64,000 nucleotides of DNA, from the NCBI GenBank assembly GCA_021792935.1, contig JAJYTS010000001.1, forward strand, positions 72 to 64,071. Reading direction: 5' to 3'. Source of the stretch: Bacillota bacterium. Its GTDB lineage: Bacteria; Bacillota; Sulfobacillia; Sulfobacillales; Sulfobacillaceae. The notes beneath the pieces were generated by a model. The model had not been told where the DNA came from, made no database searches, and worked only from the letters and a program-made list of their open reading frames with translations. A program made the position numbers and the translations under genes. Shown piece by piece: positions 20,851 to 31,900 of this stretch (within the stretch, counting starts at the first letter, position 1; every line of letters starts with the position of its first letter).

Positions 20851-21471
20851 TTGCTCACCATTGTTCAAACCGTCAGTAACTGGCTGAACGCCGTCGGGGT
20901 GCTGGCCGTCTTTTTGGTGTTGTTTGTCGAATGCTTTGGAATTCCGACGCCGGATGAAATCATCCTCGTGTTTTCGGGATACCTCGTCTCGAGACATCAA
21001 TTCAGCTACCCACTAGTCATTCTGGTAGCCGTCGCCGGCAGCACCTTCGGGGCCAGCGGCGCCTATTTTCTGGCGCGATTCGGGGGCCGGCGATTAATGT
21101 TGAAATACTTCCGCTTTATTTTTCGCAGCCCCGACCGCCTTACCTATTGGGAAAACTATTTTGCCCGCCGCGGAGACATTGTCGTCCTTATCGGCCGCAT
21201 CTTGTCTGGAGTGCGAGCTGTTATTTCCTATCCCGCCGGACTCTTCGAAATGCCGTACTGGCGATTCTTGCTCTACACTATTATCGGATCTCTAATTTGG
21301 GCGCTGCTTGCCGTTACCCTGGGATACCTTGTCGGTCCCCACGTGGTCCAGGCTCTAACCGCCAGCAAACGCTACGAAATTCCCATCCTGGCCGCCACTA
21401 TAGCGGTTGTAGCGGCATGGTATCTCTGGGATCGGCAACGCAAGAAACGCAGACTGGGCAAATCTTCTTAG
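20851..21471 (+). CDS. DedA family membrane protein
   Basis: ECFGIPTPDEIILVFSG, GRILSGVRAVISYPAG; AAGGAG RBS before TTG. Confidence 0.92.
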   Translation: MLTIVQTVSNWLNAVGVLAVFLVLFVECFGIPTPDEIILVFSGYLVSRHQFSYPLVILVAVAGSTFGASGAYFLARFGGRRLMLKYFRFIFRSPDRLTYWENYFARRGDIVVLIGRILSGVRAVISYPAGLFEMPYWRFLLYTIIGSLIWALLAVTLGYLVGPHVVQALTASKRYEIPILAATIAVVAAWYLWDRQRKKRRLGKSS

Positions 21472-22337
21472 AAAAGCGAGGGCCATAGGTATCGCCCGCT
21501 GAAAACCTCTTGGGCAGGACCCGTGAGATAGACGGGAGAATCACCTTCGGACCATTCCACCTGCAGAACTCCCCCGGGAACCGCTAAAGATACGGGCGAG
21601 ACCGCTAAATCTAATCGAATAGCGGCCGCCGCGCAGGCCGCCGCACCGGTTCCACAGGCCAAGGTTAAGCCCGCCCCCCGCTCCCAGTGGCGAACCGCCA
21701 AGCGGTGGCGATCAACAACTTCCACGGAATGAACATTGATGCGGCTGGGAAACCGGGGATGATGCTCCAATTTGGCGCCCAGACGGGCCATTGTGGCCTC
21801 ATCCCACCGTGAACCAAATATTATCAAGTGAGGATTTCCCATAGACACCAGGCATGCCTGAAATACCCCTTCATTCTCTAAAGAAACCTCTTCATTGAGA
21901 AAAGGGTGATCCCCGCCCCCGACCAGTCCCGAATCTTTGGCGGCGAAACGGGGCGGTCCCATGTTAACGCGAATTCGATAAGCCTTATCGCCCTGAAGCT
22001 CAACCACCTGGGGATATAACAATCCAGCATCGGTCTCAATCACCTGCTCAACACCCGCCAGCCCGCGGTCGTACAGCCATTTAGCCAACGCCCTAAGTCC
22101 ATTGCCGCACATTTCCGAGCGGCTGCCGTCCGCGTTATAAATGGTCATGCGGGCATCCGCTCTTTCAGAGTGGCCAATCAGGATAATTCCATCGGCGCCC
22201 ACTCCAAAATGGCGATCACAAATATGGCGGGCTAAATCTGGCCAATTGTTCGCCTCATCCTCTCCACTACGGACATCAAAATATAAATAATCGTTGCCCA
22301 ATCCATGCAGCTTCTCAAATAGCCACTCCATCACCAA
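21468..22337 (-). CDS. dapF: Diaminopimelate epimerase
   Basis: KLHGLGNDY, NADGSRSEMCGNG, SMGNPH, ERGAGLTLACGTG. Confidence 0.97.
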   Translation of the reverse strand: MVMEWLFEKLHGLGNDYLYFDVRSGEDEANNWPDLARHICDRHFGVGADGIILIGHSERADARMTIYNADGSRSEMCGNGLRALAKWLYDRGLAGVEQVIETDAGLLYPQVVELQGDKAYRIRVNMGPPRFAAKDSGLVGGGDHPFLNEEVSLENEGVFQACLVSMGNPHLIIFGSRWDEATMARLGAKLEHHPRFPSRINVHSVEVVDRHRLAVRHWERGAGLTLACGTGAAACAAAAIRLDLAVSPVSLAVPGGVLQVEWSEGDSPVYLTGPAQEVFSGRYLWPSLF

Positions 22338-22343
22338 TCCCCC

Positions 22344-25022
22344 TTAGCGCGCTAGTACTCGGGACGAACGGCGCAAAGGCCGCAAGGCCAAATCCCGCAG
22401 GGCCGCCAACAACTGAATAAATCCAGATGCCAACACCACAATGACCCAATCGCCACCCGTCAACGGATCTGTCTTGAATAGATGCTGCAGCCAAGGCACA
22501 TAAAGAACGGCGACCAGCATAGCGGTTGAGGAAAAAACCGCCATCAGAGCCCATGGGTTTGAAAACAGCCCCACTTCCAGAAAACTCCGGTCTTCGGCAC
22601 GCGCGTCAAACACATGGAACAACTGGCTTAAAATGAGAGCGGCCAAGGCCATGCTGCGCGCTTCGCGCAGCCCCATCCCCCATGGCCCTAAGCTTAAGAT
22701 AAAAACGGCCAAAGTGCTAACCCCAATTAAAATTCCGCGAAAGGCAATCTTAGTCCCCAATCCCCGCGCAAACACGGATTCCTGAGGAGGGCGCGGCTTT
22801 CGCTCCATGACGCTCGGGTCAGGAGGGTCGATGCCTAGAGCCATGGCTGGCAATCCATCCGTCACTAAATTCACGAAAAGAATTTGAATGGGTAAAAGGG
22901 GAAGAGGAAGCCCCATGAACGCGGCCAAAAACATCACCAACACTTCGCCCATATTACACGACAACAGGTAACGAATAAACTTGCGAATATTGTCGTAGAT
23001 AGCCCGGCCCTCCTGAACCGCGCGCACAATGGTGGCAAAGTTGTCATCGGTAAGAATCATGGCGGAAGCTTCCTTTGTCACGTCGGTTCCACTTAGCCCC
23101 ATAGCCACACCAATGTCGGCCTCCTTAACCGCTGGGGCGTCATTCACTCCGTCCCCGGTCATGGCGACAATATGCCCCAAGGACTTCCAAGCCCGAACCA
23201 CCCGCAATTTGTGGGGCGGAGACACCCGCGCGTAGACCCGGACCTTAACAACGCGCTGGCGTAATTGCTGGTCGTCCATTTGGTCCAGCTCGCGGCCGGT
23301 CAATATCTCATCATCGGGATCCAGCATGCCGAGTTCACGAGCTATGGCCCGTGCGGTATGCGGATGGTCGCCCGTAATCATCACGGTGCGAACGCCCGCG
23401 CGCTGCGCTTTCCGCACCGCCTCAGCCGCCTCCGGGCGCGGAGGGTCTTTCATTCCCGCAAGCCCCAGCACCACCAATCCTTCTTCCCAAGAATTGACCG
23501 GTTCAAGGCTTGCGGCGGGGCGATAAGCGAGCAGCAACACCCGCAAGGCATCGCCCGCCATGGTTTCATTCGCGGCTGCAATGTCCCTCCGAAGCTTGTC
23601 GGTCAGAGGAGTCACTTGCCCGTCCCATTCCACCGATCGGCAGCGAGGCAGCAAACTATCGCAGGCCCCTTTCACATAAATAAACGCCTGACGATTTTCG
23701 TTATAAACCATCACCGACATGCGCTGCCGCTCAGATTCAAAAGGGATTTCCCCTGTCCGCACGTACGCGTTGAGCTCGCGATCACCAACACCTAAATCCT
23801 GCGCCATTCCCAACAGAGCCAATTCAGTCGGGTCGCCGCGCCCGGGAGAACTCCCCGACTCCCGCTGGGCGTTATTGCATAAGGCCGCGGCCCGGGCAAG
23901 GCGCTCGAGAGTCTCTCTTAACTCCATCCCTAGTTTTTGCGGGCTATCCAATCCCTTGCCGTCTTTTATGTTAAGGCGATTCCCCCCAACCCAGACATCG
24001 GTCACGGACATTTGATTGCGCGTCAAAGTCCCGGTTTTATCCGAGCAGATGACAGTTGTGCAGCCTAGTGTCTCGACAGCCGGCAGCCGTCGCACAATCG
24101 CATGGGCGCGAATCATCCGCTGCACCCCCAAGGCTAGCGCGATCGTGACAATGGCCGGTAGGCCCTCAGGAATTGCCGCCACGGCCAGACTTACCCCGGT
24201 TAGAAACATTTGGTATAGCGGCTCGCCCCGGACTAATCCGGTTATGACCACGACACCAACAATTAGCAAGGATAAAATCACCAGGATTTTTCCTAGCTGT
24301 TCCAAACGTCCTTGCAACGGAGTTTTCTCCTCCACTGCGTCACCAATAAGATGCGCGATTGTCCCCACTTCGGTTTGCATACCGGTCGCCACCACCAAAG
24401 CGCGCCCTCGGCCGCGAGACACGCTGGTTCCCATAAACACCATGTTGTTTCGCTCCGCGAGCGGACAGTCTGGGTCGGGTACCCTGTCCACGGTTTTCTC
24501 CACACCCGTTGATTCCCCGGTTAAGGTCGCTTCCTCCGCCACCAGAGACAACGCGAAGAGAATACGGGCATCGGCGGGAACGCGATCCCCCGCTTCCAAT
24601 TGGATAACATCGCCGGGAACTAGCTCTTGTGCCAAAATTTCGTGGAGGCGACCGTCACGAATGACGTGCGCTTGCGGCGCGGTAAGAGCGCGCAAGGTTT
24701 CCACCGATTTTTCCGCCCGAAACTCCTGCATAAACCCTAATACCGCGTTCATTACGACAATAGCCACAATGGTGATGCCGTCACCCGTTTCCCCCAATAG
24801 AAACGAAATCACGGTCGCTCCTAATAGAACCAGCACCATAAAATCTTGAAACTGCGCGAGAAGAAGCCGTAAAGGAGAACTCTTTTTCCCCCATCGCAAG
24901 GCATTGGGTCCGATGCTATTTAAACGATGTCCGGCCTCGGCGCTAGTAAGTCCCGCATCTGGGTAAGACCCCAGCCGCGAAGCGACTTCCTGCGGTTCCA
25001 GGGTATGCCAAAGGACAGCCAA
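22344..25022 (-). CDS. yloB: P-type IIA calcium-transporting ATPase (YloB-like)
   Basis: [36 protein letters not shown]. Confidence 0.93.
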   Translation of the reverse strand: MAVLWHTLEPQEVASRLGSYPDAGLTSAEAGHRLNSIGPNALRWGKKSSPLRLLLAQFQDFMVLVLLGATVISFLLGETGDGITIVAIVVMNAVLGFMQEFRAEKSVETLRALTAPQAHVIRDGRLHEILAQELVPGDVIQLEAGDRVPADARILFALSLVAEEATLTGESTGVEKTVDRVPDPDCPLAERNNMVFMGTSVSRGRGRALVVATGMQTEVGTIAHLIGDAVEEKTPLQGRLEQLGKILVILSLLIVGVVVITGLVRGEPLYQMFLTGVSLAVAAIPEGLPAIVTIALALGVQRMIRAHAIVRRLPAVETLGCTTVICSDKTGTLTRNQMSVTDVWVGGNRLNIKDGKGLDSPQKLGMELRETLERLARAAALCNNAQRESGSSPGRGDPTELALLGMAQDLGVGDRELNAYVRTGEIPFESERQRMSVMVYNENRQAFIYVKGACDSLLPRCRSVEWDGQVTPLTDKLRRDIAAANETMAGDALRVLLLAYRPAASLEPVNSWEEGLVVLGLAGMKDPPRPEAAEAVRKAQRAGVRTVMITGDHPHTARAIARELGMLDPDDEILTGRELDQMDDQQLRQRVVKVRVYARVSPPHKLRVVRAWKSLGHIVAMTGDGVNDAPAVKEADIGVAMGLSGTDVTKEASAMILTDDNFATIVRAVQEGRAIYDNIRKFIRYLLSCNMGEVLVMFLAAFMGLPLPLLPIQILFVNLVTDGLPAMALGIDPPDPSVMERKPRPPQESVFARGLGTKIAFRGILIGVSTLAVFILSLGPWGMGLREARSMALAALILSQLFHVFDARAEDRSFLEVGLFSNPWALMAVFSSTAMLVAVLYVPWLQHLFKTDPLTGGDWVIVVLASGFIQLLAALRDLALRPLRRSSRVLAR

Positions 25023-25051
25023 CCAGATCCCTCCTGTCCGTTCTCGCCATT

Positions 25052-25080
25052 AGGGTATGTCCCCGTCGCAGCGAACAGAA
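25052..25080 (-). promoter_or_regulatory. Possible sigma-E (mother-cell) promoter of yloB
   Basis: TTCTGTT, 14-nt spacer, CATACCCT; resembles the sigE consensus (kmATAtt-14-CATAcawT). Confidence 0.35.
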
Positions 25081-25700
25081 CAAGCCGGGCCTCGTGGCCA
25101 ATTTTCTAAACCGCAAACACGCATGAAAAGCGCCACGGTTAATTGACACGACAACGCATGCTCAAATCGTTCGGCTTCGCCGTGCGTTCCCCTACCTGTC
25201 AGAGAGCCATCGCTCAGCCAACCGGTGTCGGCGCAAAACTACTTCGGCGCACCGCCATCCTTGTTCGGGGGTGCGCTCAGCAATGTCACCGCTCTTTTCC
25301 AAGCGGCCCGCGAAACGCTAACGTCTGACACCCCAGATACTCATTAGCGATTCGAGGCGCTTGCAGCGGACGGTTTTCGGTCGTCAAAACATAGACTGTT
25401 TCACACTATGATTCAGCTCCAGGCAAGGCCGCATCATCCGAGGGTTTAGCTGGCATTCTATTCCCCCCAACCCTTCCGTAGAATCCCTTTATTCCCTATT
25501 ATGGCATGCCGGGCAGTAGCGGAAACTGCCGCGAAAACATCTCTTGACAGCTTGACCGGGTTGCTGCGCTCCGCCATCCCAGAACATTCAGCGGCAAGCA
25601 GCCATCATGGCCAGTTCGCCCTGGGTTAAATCCTATTTTCCCCGACAACATATTCCGGTATAATTGATAGGATTTATATAATTTGGGAGGTGCTCTTTTT

Positions 25701-26999
25701 TTGGAAGAATCATTGCGGCGCGCACTCAGCACGCCCGAAGTCTTATTTTTAGGCATTAATGGCGTGGTCGGTGCCGGTATTTTTCTTTTGCCGGGCACAG
25801 TAGCAAAAGATGCTGGCAACCATGCCGTTTGGGCCTATTTGGTGGCGGGCGCCATCATCATTCTCATTGGATTGGCCTTTGCTGAAGCGAGCAGCATGGT
25901 ATCAAATACCGGGGGACCCTATGTCTACACCAGCAAAGCCATGGGCCGAACCGTGGGATTCACGGTGGGGTGGATGAGCTGGGTAACCTTTGTAACCGGA
26001 TGGGCCGCTTTGTCGGTGGGTCTGGCCGGGTACCTCATTGTATTAATCCCTAGCTTGGCTCCTTTTAAAGCCGTAATTATCCTCGGAATCATCGGTCTTC
26101 TCTGCCTCTTGAATTCGTTGGGAATCCGACGCGGATCGGGCGCGGTGGCATTTTTTACCGTGGCCAAACTACTCCCACTCGCGCTGCTAATCCTCTATGG
26201 GCTCTTTTCTCTATCCACTTCTACGAGCCACCCCTATATGGGCGGCACTCCCACCCACTTCGGGCAAGCTGTGCTGGTCTTAATTTTCGCCTACGGAGGA
26301 TTTGAAATGGCCTCCATACCCGCCGGAGAAATGACCAACCCCAAGCGCTCGGCCGCCATAGGAGTGGTTGGTACACTTGTCGGCACCACCATCTTTTACG
26401 CGCTGATACAATGGGCCACACAGCGGCTAGATCCCTCCCTGGCGAGCTCCGCTACTCCGGTAGGGGCCGCCGGCGCCATGATGTTCGCAGGAGGAGCCAT
26501 CGTGATGACCATCGGCGCCACAATCTCAATTTTAGGCACCCAAAGCGGTGTGGCCCTATCGGCACCACGAGTGCTCTACGCTCTCTCCCTGGGAGATGGA
26601 CTCCCACCCGTCTTCTCAAAAGTATGGCGCCGCTTTCAAACGCCCGTGGTGGCCATTTGGGTGACTGGAGTGTTGGCATCATTGCTGGCGCTTACCGGAA
26701 CATTTACCCACCTCATCTTATTGAACGTTGCCGCCCGGCTGTACGAATACGGCATGGTGTGCATCGCCGTAATCATACTGAGATTGCGGGATCCTAAGTC
26801 CACACGCGCCTTCCGGCTTCCACTCGGCATTACCATTCCTTTGGTCGCGGCTATTTTATGCCTGGCTTTACTCACCCGCGAATCAGGTCAACAAATAGTG
26901 GCAGCCGCTGCCGCCTTGGTCATTGGGGTTCTCATCTTTGCCATTGACAAAGTGACACGACGTCGCCCCGACACCCAAAACATGGCCAACCAAAAATAA
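25701..26999 (+). CDS. APC family amino acid permease
   Basis: GINGVVGAGIF, GGPYVY, FAYGGFE, PRVLYALS; about 12 TM. Confidence 0.92.
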   Translation: MEESLRRALSTPEVLFLGINGVVGAGIFLLPGTVAKDAGNHAVWAYLVAGAIIILIGLAFAEASSMVSNTGGPYVYTSKAMGRTVGFTVGWMSWVTFVTGWAALSVGLAGYLIVLIPSLAPFKAVIILGIIGLLCLLNSLGIRRGSGAVAFFTVAKLLPLALLILYGLFSLSTSTSHPYMGGTPTHFGQAVLVLIFAYGGFEMASIPAGEMTNPKRSAAIGVVGTLVGTTIFYALIQWATQRLDPSLASSATPVGAAGAMMFAGGAIVMTIGATISILGTQSGVALSAPRVLYALSLGDGLPPVFSKVWRRFQTPVVAIWVTGVLASLLALTGTFTHLILLNVAARLYEYGMVCIAVIILRLRDPKSTRAFRLPLGITIPLVAAILCLALLTRESGQQIVAAAAALVIGVLIFAIDKVTRRRPDTQNMANQK

Positions 27000-27410
27000 A
27001 ACGCACCGTCGCGGCGCTTGAAGCCGTTCCACAACGGTGTCTTTCGAGGGCCGCGGCGATCCCCGTTAACCCGCGTTTGCCACCCGTGGCTAAACTCTGG
27101 TTGATGACTCCTTAGAGGATAGGGGCGGTAGGTCAGGGGTTCGTCAAAGTTAGAGATGCGAGGGCGAATAAAGCCCCACAACTTCGTAATGAGAACTCCT
27201 CATCGGCACTGTGCCCGGCAACCCCCACCAATGCGTAGCTGGGCACGCGACAATAGCCAGGTTGTGGCGATATGAGACGCGGATGGATGACTGTCGTTTC
27301 ACCCCAATACCTTTGGCCTAACTAACAGGCATCACCCTCGCCGCGGTGAAAAACGCGAGACTTCGTTTCCATAGTGAGAACCCAGGCAACGCAACACTGA
27401 CTTTTCTATC

Positions 27411-28403
27411 TCAGATGCCATCGAGTACCGGTTCGAACGCACGCTGCCGCCAATGGCCGGCCCATCCATCGTACCCATATTCCTCACACCATCCAACAAG
27501 GCGCCGGTTTTCCACAAGGGCCTCGGCGGGTCTATAGGTCGTTAAAAAACCTAGCCAATCGGAATATAAGTCGAACCATCCGCTGCGTCCGATGTAACGA
27601 ACCGTGAGAGGGTCTGACAAGGCGTAACGAAGCCGCTTTTCGGCCACTGCGGTATCGCCGCCATGGGCGGCAACCAATAAGTCAAGCCCCCAAAGGACGC
27701 GATCATATTCCAGGTTCCAATCAAGTTCAAAAGTTCGGATGCTGCTGCGGCGAATCCCCGCTAGGCGGCTGGGCGCTTGCTGCCAAGCCACATGGCCCAA
27801 AAGCCACCAGTATACCATCCAGGTGATGGGGGCGTTGGCCAGGTGCGAAGTCGCCTCGCTCACCGTGTCCAAATCCACAGATAATCCCTGATGCCAACGC
27901 GCCACTTCGCGGCTCACGACAAAGGCCGCGTGATAATTGGGCGCTAGCTCGGACCAGGCCTCTTCATCCTTTTGCAAGGCATCATAGGCTTGAACAGCAT
28001 CTTTTAACCGTCCCAAACTATGCAATCCGCTAGCGCGGTTTGCCAAGGCTCGAGCTCGCATCCCGGAATTCGTGGGGCTGCGCTTGAGAATCTGTTCGGT
28101 GTAAGCCACGGCTTGCGCCCAATGTTCGCGAGCCGCCGATTGCTGGGCACTTTGTTCGAGCCCTAGAAGCACACTGGTTGCCGAAGTCCCGCGCATGGCG
28201 CCGACGGTCATGACCAAGGCATGCAGGCGCATGGCCAAAGGCTGATTGCCACGTCGGACAGCAAATCGCTCGGCCGCTAAAGCGAGCCGATAGGAGCGAT
28301 TGAGGTCACCACGCGAAAACCTAGCCAAAACGTACCGCTCCGGATGGGCTATCGTAAACGCGCGTGGTGCGCCGAGACGATGACGTCGAGTCCACTGCGG
28401 CAT
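27411..28403 (-). CDS. Helical/TPR-containing hypothetical protein
   Basis: ALANRASGLHSLGRLKDAVQAYDAL fits the TPR consensus; AGGGGG RBS; no enzyme motif seen. Confidence 0.65.
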   Translation of the reverse strand: MPQWTRRHRLGAPRAFTIAHPERYVLARFSRGDLNRSYRLALAAERFAVRRGNQPLAMRLHALVMTVGAMRGTSATSVLLGLEQSAQQSAAREHWAQAVAYTEQILKRSPTNSGMRARALANRASGLHSLGRLKDAVQAYDALQKDEEAWSELAPNYHAAFVVSREVARWHQGLSVDLDTVSEATSHLANAPITWMVYWWLLGHVAWQQAPSRLAGIRRSSIRTFELDWNLEYDRVLWGLDLLVAAHGGDTAVAEKRLRYALSDPLTVRYIGRSGWFDLYSDWLGFLTTYRPAEALVENRRLVGWCEEYGYDGWAGHWRQRAFEPVLDGI

Positions 28404-28656
28404 GTTACGCCCCCTTTCTCTCCCTGTAGATAGAACGTCTCTCCCATACTTTTACATTTAATCCTAAATCTCATGGCCCGTACAAATTTATATCAAAAAA
28501 GAAGGAATTTGGCACTAAATGGTAGAACTAGAATAAACAGACATCTTCCCTAGCGCCATTACCCATTACTACGGAACTAAGGGGCGCGGAACAGTCAAGT
28601 GACGATACCCAATAGCACCGTCACCCCGCGACATCCCATGAAGGGAGGTGATTATC

Positions 28657-28812
28657 ATGAACCGGCTTCGAATGGCAATCATGCTACTGTTGGGTTTCAT
28701 AACGCTCGGCGGGGGTTTGTCAGCAGTGGTCGCCGCGCAACAGGCGGCGACACTCACTGCCTCCGCAACCACGTCGCCACCGTCCCCAAACGGCGTTCCG
28801 TGGCTCGACTAA
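28657..28812 (+). CDS. 51-aa secreted pro-peptide (absent from the ORF track)
   Basis: AAGGGAGGTG RBS; MNRLRMAIMLLLGFITLGGGLSAVVAAQQAATLTASATTSPPSPNGVPWLD*; Sec signal peptide; has its own terminator. Confidence 0.8.
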   Translation: MNRLRMAIMLLLGFITLGGGLSAVVAAQQAATLTASATTSPPSPNGVPWLD

Positions 28813-28837
28813 ATCCTTAATCCAAGACTATCATACT

Positions 28838-28887
28838 ATCCCATTCAGTCATTGACCGCATAAATCAAGGCTGAATGGGATTTTTTT
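28838..28887 (+). terminator. Intrinsic terminator after the peptide gene (converges on the gltB end)
   Basis: ATCCCATTCAGTC...GGCTGAATGGGAT stem followed by a T-run. Confidence 0.75.
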
Positions 28888-28919
28888 CGTTCATCTGCGT
28901 TACCTTGGGGAATGGAGCC

Positions 28920-31900
28920 CTATTCCGTGACCACATCCTGATCCAATTGCTCTAACGCTGCCACCACTTTCAAGAATGATCCAGGGATATTGCCAGCCAG
29001 GGCCGCTATCTCGTCCGCCCGGGCTTTTTGGTCAGAGGCCATGAGAGCCGAAACCGCCTCATTCAACAACCCCGCTATCGGCTCATAATCCTTCGGGTCC
29101 AACTCTTGAATAACGACGTGGGCCGACCGGGATAGTCGCGAGGACAAAAATTCCTGTGTCAGGCCAACCGACTCGTCGTGCCGCAAATAGATGGTGCCCC
29201 CTGTCATTCCTGCCGCCAGCCAAGGGCCAGGATCCGCCAACACGAGGACTTCGCCCTGGGTCATATATTCGAATCCAAACCCCTTAATAGCGGCGGTATC
29301 CCACCAACTGCGACTGTCACAAGGATTTAATAAGCCGTCGCCCATAATAATCACCCGCGCCCCGCCCAAACGCACCCCAGCTCGGGAGTCGGCCGCTCCC
29401 TGGACAACGATGACTCCTCCCTGCGCCCCATAGGCCAAGCTTTTGCCGACATGTCCTCCGTACCGGCCATTTTTCATAATCCCAATGTGACCGCCCGACG
29501 CACCCTTTCCCGCTCCGTCCTGGGCGCCTCCCAAGGCTAGGCAAGTTACGCCCGGACTCAAAAAGGCTCCAAATCCTTGGCCAGCCACGCCCCGCACAAC
29601 AATCTCGGCCTGCTCGCCGTCCGGCTTGGCCGCGCGCCGCCCCGATTGCCGCACGCCAGCCAAACGCCGGTCACTGGCGTTAAACGCCACAGGGGCGCGA
29701 ACCGGCTCCGGAGAATAATGAACAACCGTACTTTCGGCCACTCCGCTCGCTTCCGATACCATTAACACTTCCGACTCCTCCGCGAGCGAGGCAACCCAGT
29801 CCATGTAATCCACGTTTTCCTGTTCATTCCACTGGCGCAGCCACTGCCACTTCCCGACCGCTTCCTCCACGGTCGAGACACCCAGCCAGCGCAGACGCGT
29901 TTCTAATGCCTCGCCTAAGCATAGGAAGAAGGTCACCAAATTGTCACTGGCACGGTGTGCTTCTTGCGGCACAAACCGCTTTAGCCCCCGCTCTCGAGCC
30001 TCTTCCACGGTTTCAATCTGCGTGGTGATGCCTACGTGGCAAGTATCCATCTGGCATTGCCGACAGATTGTACATCCCAACGCGACCATGGCCATGGTGC
30101 CAAATCCCACGCGATTGGCGCCCAACAAAATAAACTTAATCACATCATCAGCGGAATGAACGCCCCCATCAGCCCATATTTCCACTTGATCGCGAACGCC
30201 CGCTTGCAAAAGCGCATTATGCACCAACGGAATTCCCACATCACTGGGGAGCCCAGCGTAACGCAAGGCATGGATGCGAGCAGCTCCGGTGCCGCCGTCA
30301 AATCCCGATAGCGCGACCACATCGGCCCCTGCCTTAACTATTCCCACGGCAATGGTGCCAATGTTGGGAACGACGGGAACTTTCACGACCACCTTGAGGT
30401 TGGGATTCACCGCCTTCAACTCGTCAATCAACTGACGCAAGTCCTCAATGGAATACAAATCGTGATTGTTGCTGGGAGATATCAAGTCAATACCGGGCTT
30501 GGCATTTCGAGCGCGAGCCACCTTTTCCGACACTTTCTTGCCGGGAAGATGCCCTCCCTCACCGGGCTTGGCGCCTTGCCCAATTTTTATCTCCGCGTAA
30601 TTGGCGCCGTTTAAAAGCGTCGCATTAACGCCGAAACGACCGGAGGCAATTTGAAATCCCCGCCAGGGAGTATATTTGCCAATCATATCGGGGATCTCTC
30701 CCCCCTCCCCGTTCATCGCCAAGATATTGAGACGGGCCGCGGCATTAGCGTAGGCGCGATATGAAGTTTCACCCTGCGATCCAAAAGACATGGAAGAAAT
30801 CACGAAGGGATAGTCGTGTTGGCCGACCTTTAAGGAAACCTTTCCGCTAAAGCGTGGTTCTTGGTGCGGCACCACCAGTGAATGCCGTAGTTGAATGGGC
30901 ATTTTCCGCTCAAGTTCCAACATCGTCTCGTGATACTGCTCCACCTCAATTTCTCCCCGCACCATTTGCTGCGCGGCCTTATACACATGCGGATTGAAGC
31001 GGGTGGTATATCGCGGATGCGCATTACCCTGGATTGCGGTGAGCCGATCATGGAGCACCGCTGCCCGCTTGCGTTCCCAGGTGGTCAGTGAAGGAGGGGC
31101 CCAGGTCTCGACCCCCAGAATCTCGGCAACCTCACGGGGAAGGCCGATAGCGGAAAAATTCCGCCCATATCCGGCCAACCAATGGGTTCCCATGGTGGAC
31201 ATAATTTTCTCCAATCCATTATTTAACACGGTAATAGGAAGGGGCTGTCCCGCCTGTCCCCACAGGGCATGTGGGACCAGAGCCCGCGCGCCCATTCCCA
31301 GCAGAACGACAGCGTCATGCAGATTGCGAATCATACCGCTGCGGATAATGATGGATGTGTCGCGAGCCCATCCGCCTTGCAGCAGAGCTTGTTCTACAGC
31401 ACTGACCGTCAATACCGGATCCAGGGTCACTGCTTCACCCTCTTGGTATCCGTCTTGGTCGGTTAATAACAAGAGCTGCACACCCTCTTTGGCAAAGGCG
31501 AGCGCTTGTTCGACAACGGCCTGAACTCCCGCTAGTTCCGAAATCTGGGCCTCCCACCGCAACGGGATAGACTTTGCGCGAGATCCGAACTGGGACATGA
31601 TGGCCTCGACGTCGTCATCGGCAAGCCAGGGATGGTCAAGCCGAACACTGGGACCCGCCACCGGCCCTCCGGGGGTCTCCGGCCGAGCTCCAAGCCAGGT
31701 GTGAAGGCGAAAATGCTCCCCCTCTCGCTCTCGGTCTAAAGCAGGATTTGTCACCACGGCAACTGTTTCGTGCAAATAATCGGAAATAGGAACGATTCCC
31801 TTGGCAAGAGCCGCCAACGGTCCGTCAAACCCTAGAGACGTTATGGGTTCGTGCCCGGTTTGCACCCACGACTTTACCATCAGTAAATCATCGCGGGTCC

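Noticed and set aside
24016-24849. 277-aa plus-strand ORF
   Set aside because: Antisense shadow of the P-type ATPase; the same applies to most short overlapping ORFs in this GC-rich window.
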